DNA of 64,000 nucleotides from Ignavibacteria bacterium (lineage in GTDB: Bacteria; Bacteroidota; Ignavibacteria; Kapaibacteriales; UBA2268), in contig JAERMQ010000009.1 in the NCBI GenBank assembly GCA_016844745.1, positions 7,184 to 71,183 of the forward strand, read 5' to 3'. The position numbers and the translations under genes are program-made. Below, piece by piece: positions 36,910-46,944 of this stretch (position 1 is its first letter; every line of letters begins with the position of its first letter). Under the pieces are notes generated by a model. It saw only the letters and a list, made by a program, of their open reading frames with translations. It was not told the DNA's origin and made no database searches.

Positions 36910-37896
36910 TTGATTTTTCAAAATACTAAGAATTTTATGAATAACATCAATAGTATAGATAAGAAGTATGGAATAAAAAAATTCCTGAACATCTTTGTAA
37001 GTTTGAGCCTCATAACATTTTCTTCAGTGATGAAATTATCAGCTCAGGAAAATATTTTTCATGATATTAATACTGGCAACGAAATCGAATATGTCGTACG
37101 GCTTACAAATGGCGATATACTGACCGGTACTGTAGTTGAAATGATTTCCAGCACGGAGAACGGCGAAGGTATGAAGTTTAAAACAAGTTTGGGAATAGCT
37201 CCGGTTTGGGGAAAACAAATAGCTGGTATTACACCATATTCAACTTACAACCGGCATAGTCATAGGATATACTTTTTACCGACTGCAGAACCGATAGGAC
37301 AGAACTATTTTGTCGGGATTTTCGAGATGCTTTTTGTATATGCCGGAGCGGGAGTTTCCGATTGGCTCTCCTTTACTGCAGGGCGTTCGTTGATACCGGG
37401 TATTCCATCGAATCATCAAATAACTGATTTTAACATAAAAACGACTTTCTATTCCCAATTTTATGAAGAATACTATGCAAGAATATCCTTTGCTGCGGGG
37501 TGCAATTATGGCTTGATTAACCACGATAATGAGCTGGTTCATTTTTATGTATGCGGAACTTATCGTGGGAATAAATCAATTATTACTGCATCTATTTTCT
37601 ACAAAGCAATGAGCAAGGATTTCTATTTGTTGAAATTCGGACCTAACATGATAGACTTACCTTACGAGAACGGCTCGATGGGTATTGGCTTTGGAATAGA
37701 TACTAAATTTACTTCATGGAACGATTTGCATTTTATCGGCGAACTATGGAACAGCAATATCGGTAAGCCGACAAATACAGGAATAATGCTTGGATTTCGA
37801 ATTGCCAATACCCAGGTAGGCGCCGATTTCGGTATCGCTTTTTTTACACAACCGCTATATATACCCTTTATGAGTTTTGTCTGGACGCCGTTTTAA
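36910..37896 (+). CDS. Hypothetical secreted/outer-membrane protein (C-terminal …VWTPF)
   Basis: Signal peptide (…SSVMKLSAQE), high aromatic/Gly content and a terminal Phe, suggesting an OM beta-barrel. No recognisable family. Confidence 0.4.
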   Translation: MIFQNTKNFMNNINSIDKKYGIKKFLNIFVSLSLITFSSVMKLSAQENIFHDINTGNEIEYVVRLTNGDILTGTVVEMISSTENGEGMKFKTSLGIAPVWGKQIAGITPYSTYNRHSHRIYFLPTAEPIGQNYFVGIFEMLFVYAGAGVSDWLSFTAGRSLIPGIPSNHQITDFNIKTTFYSQFYEEYYARISFAAGCNYGLINHDNELVHFYVCGTYRGNKSIITASIFYKAMSKDFYLLKFGPNMIDLPYENGSMGIGFGIDTKFTSWNDLHFIGELWNSNIGKPTNTGIMLGFRIANTQVGADFGIAFFTQPLYIPFMSFVWTPF

Positions 37897-37904
37897 AAAT
37901 ATTA

Positions 37905-39536
37905 TTACATTTTTACAAACTTCTTGCCATCGAAATAAAGATTGAGTATCGTGGTGTCTTTTGTAAAAAGAATAATTTCGGCTTGAGTACGGGGAATGTT
38001 ATTAATGACGGTAGTAGTAATATTAAGATGATAATCATTATTACCATAGCTTAGATTTTCATTAGTAATAAATGCCTTTGTTTTTTCTCCAATAGGCAAA
38101 AAACGGGCATTTTCCGATGTTAATAAAAATTCTCCATTAGCTTTTTGTTCGATATTGATTTTGCAATTGGCTGAAGTTTCTATTCTCAGGGGGGATTCTA
38201 CTTCAAGTTTCCTGCCTCCAATGCTGAACTCGACGGCTTGCTGAACGCCGATTTTCATTGCGTTGATTCGCTCTATTTTATCGGGTACTCCCCATAGTAC
38301 AATTTTCTTATACTTAAATAAATCAAACTGTTTAAATGATTGAAGCGCTGAATTGACAGTCTTACCAACTGATTGCCATTTCAGCATTTGGGAATTATTT
38401 ATTACGGCAAAATAGAATAGCAGCATGATTAGAGCAGGTTTGGCAATTGGGAACTTTTCGATTTTAAATAAATAAGAAAATATTACTCCGAAGAATATGA
38501 CTAATCCAACAGATGAAATAAACGTGTACCATCTCATCAACATAAGTGATGCGGGTATATTAAAGAGCAGGAACCATACTAATCCGAATTGAGCAATTAG
38601 TTTTTCTTCTTTCTGTAATTCCCGATAAACGTAAAATAAAAATGCAGTAAAACATAAAGCTAAAGTGCATAGTACAATCAACATAAAGGTAGATTTGTAA
38701 CTTAGAATCAGCAAATATTCAATTTGTTCTGCTGATAATATTGAAACCGGAATGATTGCAAAATAATTAAAAAGATAGGTTGATGGATTAACATTCTTTA
38801 TATTGGGTGAATTGAATAAATCCCATTCGAAAAATAAATACCTTAACAAAAATAAAAAAAATAAGATAGAGGTTGCTATTAAAAATGCCCTGGTAGCATT
38901 TTTAAGTGATTTCACACTATTGGAATCAAATTTTATAAGAACAAAGGGTAATAAAATACCAAGGGTGGCAGACTCTTTTGATAATGCTGCCAAAATAAAT
39001 GACAATAAACTAAGATAATAATAAAGCTTTTTTCTTCCACTAATTCCATAATTATAAAATAACACGGCAATGAGCAAAAACAAAGCAGCAAGCACATCCC
39101 CTCGGGAGGCAATCCACCCAACGGCAAGTTCGTGAGCGGGTAAAAGAGCAAAAATCAATGCAGTCATTGATGCTGTTAATTCATTTTTACTAAAAGAGAA
39201 AATCAATTTTCTAACTAAAAGAACGGATATAATATAAATAATTAAATTTTCTATTCGATAGGCAACAGGATTCATTCCAAATAAATATTTTGTCAAAGCA
39301 TGAAAAATATTCTGAATTGGTCTCCAGTAATAAACAGTAACGTCATTATTAAAAAAATTCTTGAAGCAATCCAGAAACGATTGAGGATTATGCCAACCCA
39401 GAATTTGAAAATCATCGTTGAGAAATGGAATACCGATAACAGGATGCCATGCCAGACATGTTGCGGAAATAAGAATAGAAATCCCAATGATACCCTGGAT
39501 TCTGCGTGAAGATAAATCAATTTTGGAAATAAGCAA
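37905..39536 (-). CDS. Polytopic membrane protein, GT-C-fold glycosyltransferase-like (PMT/ArnT/TMTC-like) with a C-terminal soluble domain
   Basis: At least 10 predicted TM helices with an N-terminal loop motif (FLNDDFQILGWHNP) reminiscent of GT-C family 39/TMTC enzymes. Weak assignment. Confidence 0.35.
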   Translation of the reverse strand: MLISKIDLSSRRIQGIIGISILISATCLAWHPVIGIPFLNDDFQILGWHNPQSFLDCFKNFFNNDVTVYYWRPIQNIFHALTKYLFGMNPVAYRIENLIIYIISVLLVRKLIFSFSKNELTASMTALIFALLPAHELAVGWIASRGDVLAALFLLIAVLFYNYGISGRKKLYYYLSLLSFILAALSKESATLGILLPFVLIKFDSNSVKSLKNATRAFLIATSILFFLFLLRYLFFEWDLFNSPNIKNVNPSTYLFNYFAIIPVSILSAEQIEYLLILSYKSTFMLIVLCTLALCFTAFLFYVYRELQKEEKLIAQFGLVWFLLFNIPASLMLMRWYTFISSVGLVIFFGVIFSYLFKIEKFPIAKPALIMLLFYFAVINNSQMLKWQSVGKTVNSALQSFKQFDLFKYKKIVLWGVPDKIERINAMKIGVQQAVEFSIGGRKLEVESPLRIETSANCKINIEQKANGEFLLTSENARFLPIGEKTKAFITNENLSYGNNDYHLNITTTVINNIPRTQAEIILFTKDTTILNLYFDGKKFVKM

Positions 39537-39787
39537 TTTTAACCTTTTTAGAAAATACTAATTACTTAATTTACAAAAATATGCAGAAAAATAATCTTAT
39601 TAAATTAATTTTATGTAGTAGAATATGCTACATATAAATCATAGAAACAGTTACAATTTGACAAAAATATTTATTTTAATTTGTCAAAAGTATAATTGAA
39701 TATTTCAACTTTTTCTTATGAAAAATTGAAAAAACTAAAACAATAAAATTAATTTTGGTAATAAAATAAAATTCGGTTTATTAACAA

Positions 39788-40735
39788 ATGAAAGGTGTAT
39801 TATGTTCAGCTCCCCCCCCCCATAAGAATCATGTAATCTTCTTTAATATAAGATATTTACTGGTTCTATTTGTTGTAATCGCTTTAACCCATTTCATGTC
39901 TTTAAATGAAGCAAAAGCACAGTGGTATACACTTTGCAAGTGCCAATCAGATGCGTGGGTCTACCAAAATAAAAGTCTTGAATATTATTGCCCTGGTTCA
40001 CAAACATCATGTACAATTTATTATGTCCTTGGAATTAATGAAGAATGTAATGAATATTTTATTTCAGTACGATGGTTTACTTGCTTCCCAATGTGCACTG
40101 GGTGGACTGTAAGAGATTATTACAATCTTGTAGTTCAAGAAGTTGTAGCAAGAGGACCTCTTGGTGGTAGTTCTTACGTTAATCTCACCTTTGCTTCATG
40201 TTGGTATTCAAAAGAGGAACAAGATGCAAATGGTATTAAATGGATCACTTTACATCCTTGCAGTTATTATAATTGCTGTCACACAACTTATGATGTTTCA
40301 ACTAATCCACCATCAGTAATTTATGAAAATGATGGACCATGTAACCCTCCCTTAGACCCTGAAACCAATAATTCATGTATCCATGTATGCGACCCACCTT
40401 GGACTCCCAAAATCTCAATTCAAGACCTTCCCAATGATAACCAAGGTAATGAAAAAAATTCCGAAGAGAGTGATTTCAATTATAAATTGGCGTTGTTCCC
40501 TAACAGACCTGGGGATGTGATATCACTAAGTTTAAAATCGGACTATAAGGGTAAAATTGATATTTATATTAGTGATATTGAAGGCAAAATCATATTTAAA
40601 AACCATTTTATTTCTAATAATTCAGCCGATGTTGCGTTTGGTCTTGGTTATAATTTGGAATCAGGAATTTATTTCTATCAAATAATACTGGATGATGGTA
40701 GAAAATATACTGGGAAGATTAATAATGTTAAATAG
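39788..40735 (+). CDS. Cysteine-rich secreted protein with a T9SS C-terminal sorting domain; a C10 homopolymer tract lies in codons 8-11
   Basis: At least 20 Cys in 315 aa. C-terminal GKIDIYISDIEGKIIFKNHF…GIYFYQIILDDGRKYTGKI is T9SS-CTD-like. The poly-C run is at 39812-39821. Confidence 0.5.
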   Translation: MKGVLCSAPPPHKNHVIFFNIRYLLVLFVVIALTHFMSLNEAKAQWYTLCKCQSDAWVYQNKSLEYYCPGSQTSCTIYYVLGINEECNEYFISVRWFTCFPMCTGWTVRDYYNLVVQEVVARGPLGGSSYVNLTFASCWYSKEEQDANGIKWITLHPCSYYNCCHTTYDVSTNPPSVIYENDGPCNPPLDPETNNSCIHVCDPPWTPKISIQDLPNDNQGNEKNSEESDFNYKLALFPNRPGDVISLSLKSDYKGKIDIYISDIEGKIIFKNHFISNNSADVAFGLGYNLESGIYFYQIILDDGRKYTGKINNVK

Positions 40736-42275
40736 ATTTTTGCGTAAAACAAGGCTGCTCGTTTTAGCAGCCTTGTTTTTATATTTGAATTTAGAAGCTC
40801 AAAAGGTTATTTCTGATACATGCTTACCTAAAGGATATAATAGGAACATTGATTCAACAATAACAGAATCAGGAAATGATGTAAAAATTTACAATTTTGA
40901 TTTTACCGAACAAGTCAATCAATTGTTAATTGGCGGTAATACAAGTCAATCTGAAAACGTGATTTTAACCAAAGGAAATAATAATTGGAAGGTAATATTT
41001 CGAGACAGGTCTGTTTCTAATAAGAGTGAAGGATTAATTCATAATCCAAAAATGGTTACAGATTATAAAAGAATAGGTAATTATTTTTACATTTTATGTG
41101 GAAGACATGGATACGTTATGTCGGGCATTTATGATTCAGTAACAAATAAAACTTATAATGTCGATACTGTGGCAGCCAAAGCCTATATTTTAGTTGGAAA
41201 TTTATTGGATTCTACATTTAAAAAAATAATCAAATTGGAGGAATACTATGCAAACCAATTCTTCTATTTTGAGAACTACGGATGGATAGTTGCAGGGCAG
41301 GAATATATCTATAAATTCAGCAAAGATTTCGATACTCTTTATGAGAAACTCCCTATTACTCCATCAGAATTGAAAGAGTACAGGCTTACCGATGTGAAAT
41401 ATTTTATCAATACTCAGACTTGCGCAGCAATATCCCCGGATACTATATACTTTAATTTCGTAAAAATTACCGATGCTCAGAAAATGGCTTCAATACCGGT
41501 TTATGAAGCAGCATTGTATAGAACGGTTGATGGGTGTAAATCTTTTGAAAAGCTTAATTTACCCATCAATAAATTTGGCTATATATATTTTAAAAATGCT
41601 CTTGAAGGCTATTATAGCGGTCAGTTCTATTTTTATCCTTATGCCGGATACGTTTCTATGATTTCCTTTATTTTCAGAACAAAGGATGGCTGCAAAACAT
41701 GGGATACATTAGTATATAATAACAATTACAAAATCAATATTAATTTCCCCGTTCCAGTATCATGCGATTACGGTGCTTATATGAAATTTTATAATAATGG
41801 TCGATTGGGAGTGTCAACATCGAGCAATACAGAAATATATTTATCTACGGATTATGGCTCTAATTGGAAACAATTAGTACCGTTCGACACAGTAACAAAA
41901 TGTTTTTCAGCTAGAAGCTATATAGGGTATTTTTCTAATTGTCTTTACAATGGAACGCTATACTGGGGTTCGTCTTTTGAAACAAGGTATTTTACTTATT
42001 CAAACGAAATCCTTGGCGTTGAGGATGTAGTGGAAATGCCGATAGAAATAAATTCCGGAAATAAATTTCTTATATCAGGCGACTATTTAATATTAAATGA
42101 TGAATTATTAACTGAAATCAAGTATCCGGCAGATTATATTCTTTTTTCTTCCATCGGTCAATTACTAAAAAGTTCAGTAGTAATAGATAACAGGATTGAC
42201 TTATCAGGTTTTCCCGCAGGTGTGTATACAATTATAATAAATCAAAGCACTAAAATAATGATTATTAAATATTAA
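40725..42275 (+). CDS. Hypothetical T9SS-secreted protein
   Basis: The start was chosen at MLNRFLRK… (signal peptide …YLNLEAQ), overlapping the upstream stop by 11 nt. The longest ORF starts at 40692. C-terminal DLSGFPAGVYTIIINQSTKIMIIKY is a T9SS CTD. Confidence 0.5.
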   Translation: MLNRFLRKTRLLVLAALFLYLNLEAQKVISDTCLPKGYNRNIDSTITESGNDVKIYNFDFTEQVNQLLIGGNTSQSENVILTKGNNNWKVIFRDRSVSNKSEGLIHNPKMVTDYKRIGNYFYILCGRHGYVMSGIYDSVTNKTYNVDTVAAKAYILVGNLLDSTFKKIIKLEEYYANQFFYFENYGWIVAGQEYIYKFSKDFDTLYEKLPITPSELKEYRLTDVKYFINTQTCAAISPDTIYFNFVKITDAQKMASIPVYEAALYRTVDGCKSFEKLNLPINKFGYIYFKNALEGYYSGQFYFYPYAGYVSMISFIFRTKDGCKTWDTLVYNNNYKININFPVPVSCDYGAYMKFYNNGRLGVSTSSNTEIYLSTDYGSNWKQLVPFDTVTKCFSARSYIGYFSNCLYNGTLYWGSSFETRYFTYSNEILGVEDVVEMPIEINSGNKFLISGDYLILNDELLTEIKYPADYILFSSIGQLLKSSVVIDNRIDLSGFPAGVYTIIINQSTKIMIIKY

Positions 42276-42298
42276 AGGGGTTCTAAAAATTACAAATT

Positions 42299-42598
42299 GT
42301 TCCTGCGGATGAGGCTACGTGAAAAGTCAATAAAATTGTCATCCTGAACTCCAAAATACTAAGAATAATAAAAATAAAAAATGACAAATTCAAGAGAAAT
42401 CCCCCCTACCCCCCTTTTTCAAAGGGGGATAAGAAAAATATTTATAAATCCCCCTTTGAAAAAGGGGGGTAGGGGGGATTTCTTAAACTTGAAATTATTG
42501 AACTTTTTTGAATTAAGAAAAATCTGTCATTGGTAACTTGATTCAGGATACATAAACCGCACTGGGAGGGGATTCCTGTATCCGCAGGAATGATATTC
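42299..42598. repeat. Composite ~300-bp element (outer arms, a 'gtcattctgaac'-type inner arm, GC-rich core palindrome, structured right half containing the conserved loop ccgcactgggag), copy 1
   Basis: Collinear with the elements at 48018-48290 and 60441-60736, all in the same orientation. Begins 24 bp after the stop of the upstream gene. Confidence 0.85.
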
Positions 42599-42606
42599 TT
42601 TAATTT

Positions 42607-43509
42607 TTAGAACCTCCCTTTATTGAATCCGTTCTTAATAAGAAATTGCTCCAATGTCATGCAGTTCAGGTATTTATCTTTGCAATTTTTTATGGCGGTT
42701 TCAATTTCCGGTGGATAGGGAGGACGTCCGTTTTTTTCAGATAATAGCCGCATCTTGTAGAATTCTTTTGCAAAAAGTTTCATTGCGAATGTAGGTTCTG
42801 CCTTATATTCAAAAGACTCGCCATCATTAATTTTACTCAAAAGCGCAGCTAACTCATTTCCCGAAACAAAATCTGTTATCAGGTTCATCTCAATATTATG
42901 ATAATACTTTTGGAACTGGAAGGCAATAGTTACAAACTCGCCAATATCCTTGCTTGAGATATATGGTATTTTTGCATCGCCATCGGTGGAGCCTTTGATA
43001 ATACCATCCTTGATAGGAAAGTAGGGGGCGCCTAAATTATCCATAAATGTAGCTAATTTGAAAATTGTAAAGGGTACAGTTCCTTCCCGAATATTATTTT
43101 CCAGCATTAATTTACTTTCTAAATGCGGTATTCCGGTTTCTTCCATTCCAATACTCAGGACGGAAGTAAATACAAGGTGCCTTATACCGGATTCACGGCA
43201 TGCTTCAATAATATTCCTGCCCTGTTTCATTTCTTCTTTAGTACTGACTTTTTTATAATCTTTCGACCATGGTTGAGTTAAACCGAACACACCATGTGCA
43301 TTTTTAAAAGCTGCTAATAATGAGGCTTTATCATTTAAGTCACCAAACATTACATCTGCTCCCTTTTCATATAAGGCATTAGCCGAAACATTATCCGGAT
43401 ACCGGGTTAAGGCAACAACATGAAAATCTCTTGAACGAAGCAATGCATCTACTACTGCACCACCCTGGTTTCCTGTTGCACCGCATACAACTATTGTATT
43501 TTTTGCCAT
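42607..43509 (-). CDS. NmrA-like NAD(P)-binding protein
   Basis: N-terminal Rossmann fold (IVVCGATGNQGGAVVDALL) and NmrA-like length of 300 aa. Confidence 0.75.
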   Translation of the reverse strand: MAKNTIVVCGATGNQGGAVVDALLRSRDFHVVALTRYPDNVSANALYEKGADVMFGDLNDKASLLAAFKNAHGVFGLTQPWSKDYKKVSTKEEMKQGRNIIEACRESGIRHLVFTSVLSIGMEETGIPHLESKLMLENNIREGTVPFTIFKLATFMDNLGAPYFPIKDGIIKGSTDGDAKIPYISSKDIGEFVTIAFQFQKYYHNIEMNLITDFVSGNELAALLSKINDGESFEYKAEPTFAMKLFAKEFYKMRLLSEKNGRPPYPPEIETAIKNCKDKYLNCMTLEQFLIKNGFNKGRF

Positions 43510-43515
43510 AGATTT

Positions 43516-43714
43516 TTAATTGTTAATTGTCAATTGTTAATTTGTCTGAATTAGGATTTTTAGGATTATAAGATTATAGGATAAATAATTCATAATTCAT
43601 AATTCATAATTCGTAATTTTCTGAACCTTGATTTACCTGATTAAATGATTACCATGATTATTTTTTATAATTAGTAATTAGTAATTAGTAATTAGTAATT
43701 AGTAATTAGTAATT
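43516..43714. repeat. Three heptamer microsatellite arrays (taattgt x3-4; cataatt x4; taattag x6) plus a partial family C element at 43613-43660
   Basis: Read directly. Located between the NmrA-like gene start and the 3' end of the 759-aa gene. Confidence 0.85.
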
Positions 43715-43719
43715 GTTAT

Positions 43720-45999
43720 TCACTTCCTGATAACTGCAATTTTACCAACAGATGAAGTGTTGGTGGAACTCGAAGAAGTAACAATAAGATATATTCCACT
43801 TGAAACTAAATTGCCGGAAGAGTCACGCCCATCCCAGGTTGTAATTTTACTTCTTGTGGTTATAGAACGAATGAATTCACCGTTTGATGTCAGGATGCGG
43901 ACATCCGAATCGGCTGCGAGTCCGTCAATAAATAGTTCTTTATCCAATCCCGAATAAAAAGGTTGGGGATAGCAATTGAGCGAATAAGATTCCAATGGCT
44001 GCACGGACTGTGTTGAAGCCATGTAGAGCTGATTCCTTGTGCCGATGTATAAAGTACCTGTTTGTTCGTTCAGGGCAAGGGAAAGAATCTCATTTGTAGC
44101 AAGAGGACTATTAGAAGTGTTGTAAGTAGCAATTGTATCGCTTCCATCTTCATTTAGAATCCATATTCCGGAATTTGTTGCAAACCATTTATTATTTAAT
44201 GGGTCAACTAAAATATCATTAATTTTTTGCCCTTTTAAAATAAATACTTCCTTTTGGATGATCGGTTGGAATCCGGAAATTACAAAGTCGGGATTATGTA
44301 GAACAGATACACCAAATACGGTACCTATCCAAAGCCATCCCGATTTATCGAAAGCGAGGGCTCTTTGTATATTACTGATTAATTTATTTGAAGTAGTCAG
44401 CATATCGAATTTATCATCCTTTGGATTATCGGGAGTACCCATCTCATTGAAGTAATATAATCCCAGTCCATCTTCTTCCGAACCCAACCATTTAGTACCG
44501 TACCTGTCGATAGCAAGTGTGAGGAAGGCTCGATTGCCGGGATTAAGCCTGTTTTCATAGCAATGCATATTGTTATCTTTATCTATGGAAAAAAGGACAG
44601 ACCCGGGAGAACTCTTTACTCCAAAATTTATTACCCATACTGTTCCATTATTGTCTTGTTCTGCTTTACCCATTACTACATAGGTGTCATGATCCGGTAA
44701 TGTAGGTTTAATACAGGAATTTTTAGTATCATAATTTGAAAAGATATTGCTATCAGCTTTTTCTTCAAATATTAGAACACCGGTTCCCCAGGAAGAGGCA
44801 ACAATTCTTCCATCAGTTAAGGCTTTAATCCTGAAATAACTGTTAGTTAGAATCTGCTTGTATTTATCATCTTCCACGTTAAATAATGTCCAGGTTTTTG
44901 AATCAAAACTTTCGAATCCGGCTCCGGCAGTAGATATTGCCGTCGATGCCCAAAGACGCCCTTTCGGGTCGATATCCAATTCGGTAAATTGGTTTGTTTT
45001 AGGAGTATTTATTGGAATTCGTGTAAATTTACCATTGATAAAGTAACCTGCCCCTTGATTGGAATATCCGATAGCTATTAATGGATTATCAATTGAGCCA
45101 CCAAAATCAAAACAGGAAATAAATCCCGGATGCTCAATTTTAATTAATTCATCTTTAGGGAGAATTAATAAGCTGAAAAGGTTGGAAATGAATAAATTAT
45201 TGCCATAAGATTTCATGTAGATAGAAGAAAAATCCCTATCTTTAACATATAAGCCGGAAACAATTTTTCCAAAGGAATTCTTCAAAGCGATATATACCGA
45301 ATTCTGGTAAGATGCAAAACTTAATACGGTGTTATCGGAAAGACTATCAGCAGTAGTATAATTTTTCCATGAAAATCGATTTGATATAGAATCAATATTA
45401 GCAACCGCAATGCCGGCATCTGTACCAACCCAAATAATATTATCCTGAATAAACACCTTGTTGGTATTGGTCTCCTTCTGAAAATTACCAAATTGAAAAA
45501 CCGATTCACGAAATACTTTTTTCTCAAGGTCAAAAATTGCCAAGCCAAAACTTGTTGCAACAAATAGTTTTGAATCTTTGATGAGAAAATCATTAATTCT
45601 CCGGTTGGTGATATTCCTGTCTGTTTTTATCGATAAATCATGGAACCATTTTTTATCCTCCGAATAAATATCGATTACTCCATCACCGGAGCCGATAATT
45701 ATCTGCTTACGAACGGAATCGCATATAATAGCTGTGGCATCGAGACTCTCCAAAGCATTAATATTCCTGAATTCTTTAATCTCTTTGGTTAATGTATCGA
45801 AACTGTAAACGCCCCCTGATGTAGCTACCCAAATCCTGCTTTGCCAATCGATAGCAATTGCCAGCGTTTCGTAAAACGAGCTGCTTGCCTGCCAGTTTTC
45901 CAGCCTTTTCTGATATGCAATTGATATTCCTGCCGAAAAGCAAAAAAGAGCTAAAAATAAAATTATTTTTGATATTTGAAAATATGATTTATTCTTCAT
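43720..45999 (-). CDS. Secreted beta-propeller protein (two-component-regulator-propeller/Reg_prop-like repeats) with a T9SS C-terminal domain
   Basis: Signal peptide present. Repeated W.GT..G…D motifs. C-terminal CYPQPFYSGLDKELFIDGL…GIYLIV sorting domain. Confidence 0.55.
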   Translation of the reverse strand: MKNKSYFQISKIILFLALFCFSAGISIAYQKRLENWQASSSFYETLAIAIDWQSRIWVATSGGVYSFDTLTKEIKEFRNINALESLDATAIICDSVRKQIIIGSGDGVIDIYSEDKKWFHDLSIKTDRNITNRRINDFLIKDSKLFVATSFGLAIFDLEKKVFRESVFQFGNFQKETNTNKVFIQDNIIWVGTDAGIAVANIDSISNRFSWKNYTTADSLSDNTVLSFASYQNSVYIALKNSFGKIVSGLYVKDRDFSSIYMKSYGNNLFISNLFSLLILPKDELIKIEHPGFISCFDFGGSIDNPLIAIGYSNQGAGYFINGKFTRIPINTPKTNQFTELDIDPKGRLWASTAISTAGAGFESFDSKTWTLFNVEDDKYKQILTNSYFRIKALTDGRIVASSWGTGVLIFEEKADSNIFSNYDTKNSCIKPTLPDHDTYVVMGKAEQDNNGTVWVINFGVKSSPGSVLFSIDKDNNMHCYENRLNPGNRAFLTLAIDRYGTKWLGSEEDGLGLYYFNEMGTPDNPKDDKFDMLTTSNKLISNIQRALAFDKSGWLWIGTVFGVSVLHNPDFVISGFQPIIQKEVFILKGQKINDILVDPLNNKWFATNSGIWILNEDGSDTIATYNTSNSPLATNEILSLALNEQTGTLYIGTRNQLYMASTQSVQPLESYSLNCYPQPFYSGLDKELFIDGLAADSDVRILTSNGEFIRSITTRSKITTWDGRDSSGNLVSSGIYLIVTSSSSTNTSSVGKIAVIRK

Positions 46000-46195
46000 A
46001 GATATTATTAAAAAGAAAAAAAAATTACTTTAATCAGCAGTCTCTTAGCTAAAAAACAATTGAATATCGTCATACTTAACGATTTAAAAAATATAAAAGT
46101 AACATAGCGATTGTATTCTTCACAAAGTTCTGAACACCAATCTTTATTTATCTTATAATTTTCCGGAAATCTCAATAAATTAATTAAATAATGAA

Positions 46196-46663
46196 TCAGA
46201 CAATTTTCGGAAGCAAACATGCCATTTCGATAGCGGATACTGCAGCCTCGAATCCTTTATTACCCGACTTACTCCCCGAGCGCTCTACTGCCTGCTCTAT
46301 GGTATCTGTTGTCAGGACGCCCATAATACATGGCACACCTGTCTCTAAAGATACTTTTGCAATACCTTTCGTTACTTCGGCAGCAATATAATCGAAATGG
46401 GGCGTAGAACCTCGAATTACCGCACCAAGAGCAATTACTGCATCATACTTCCCTGTTTGAGCAAATTTTCGGGTTACAAGAGGTACTTCGTAAGCACCGG
46501 GGCAATAAGCAATAGTAATTTTGTTATCATCGGCATTATGGCGCAAAAGCCCGTCTAAAGCCCCATCCAACAGCTTGCCGACAATGAATTGATTCCAGCG
46601 TGATACGACAATTGCAAAAGTTTTATCTTTTGCGTCGAAGTTTCCTTCAAGAATTACAGGCAT
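46196..46663 (-). CDS. ribH: 6,7-dimethyl-8-ribityllumazine synthase
   Basis: 155 aa. [12 protein letters not shown]…GAYEVP…[20 protein letters not shown] is the typical RibH sequence. Confidence 0.92.
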   Translation of the reverse strand: MPVILEGNFDAKDKTFAIVVSRWNQFIVGKLLDGALDGLLRHNADDNKITIAYCPGAYEVPLVTRKFAQTGKYDAVIALGAVIRGSTPHFDYIAAEVTKGIAKVSLETGVPCIMGVLTTDTIEQAVERSGSKSGNKGFEAAVSAIEMACLLPKIV

Positions 46664-46944
46664 TTCATTTCCTTATTGATATTATCAATCAGGTTTATTT
46701 GACGAATTTATCGGAATATTGTTTTGAATAATATCTTATTGTATTTTACAGACGATTTTTCTATCAAAAATTATTTTATTTAAAGCATTTTAGAATAGAT
46801 TAAATTTGCTAAATTGTTAACTTTGTAAATACAAATTAAGATTTAAAATGAAAACAAAAAAATTTCAGGGTAGTTCTTAATTAGCTAAAAACTTGTGGAA
46901 ATGAAGGAAAATATTTCAAACAAATTCTAAAAAGGAGTTCAGAT

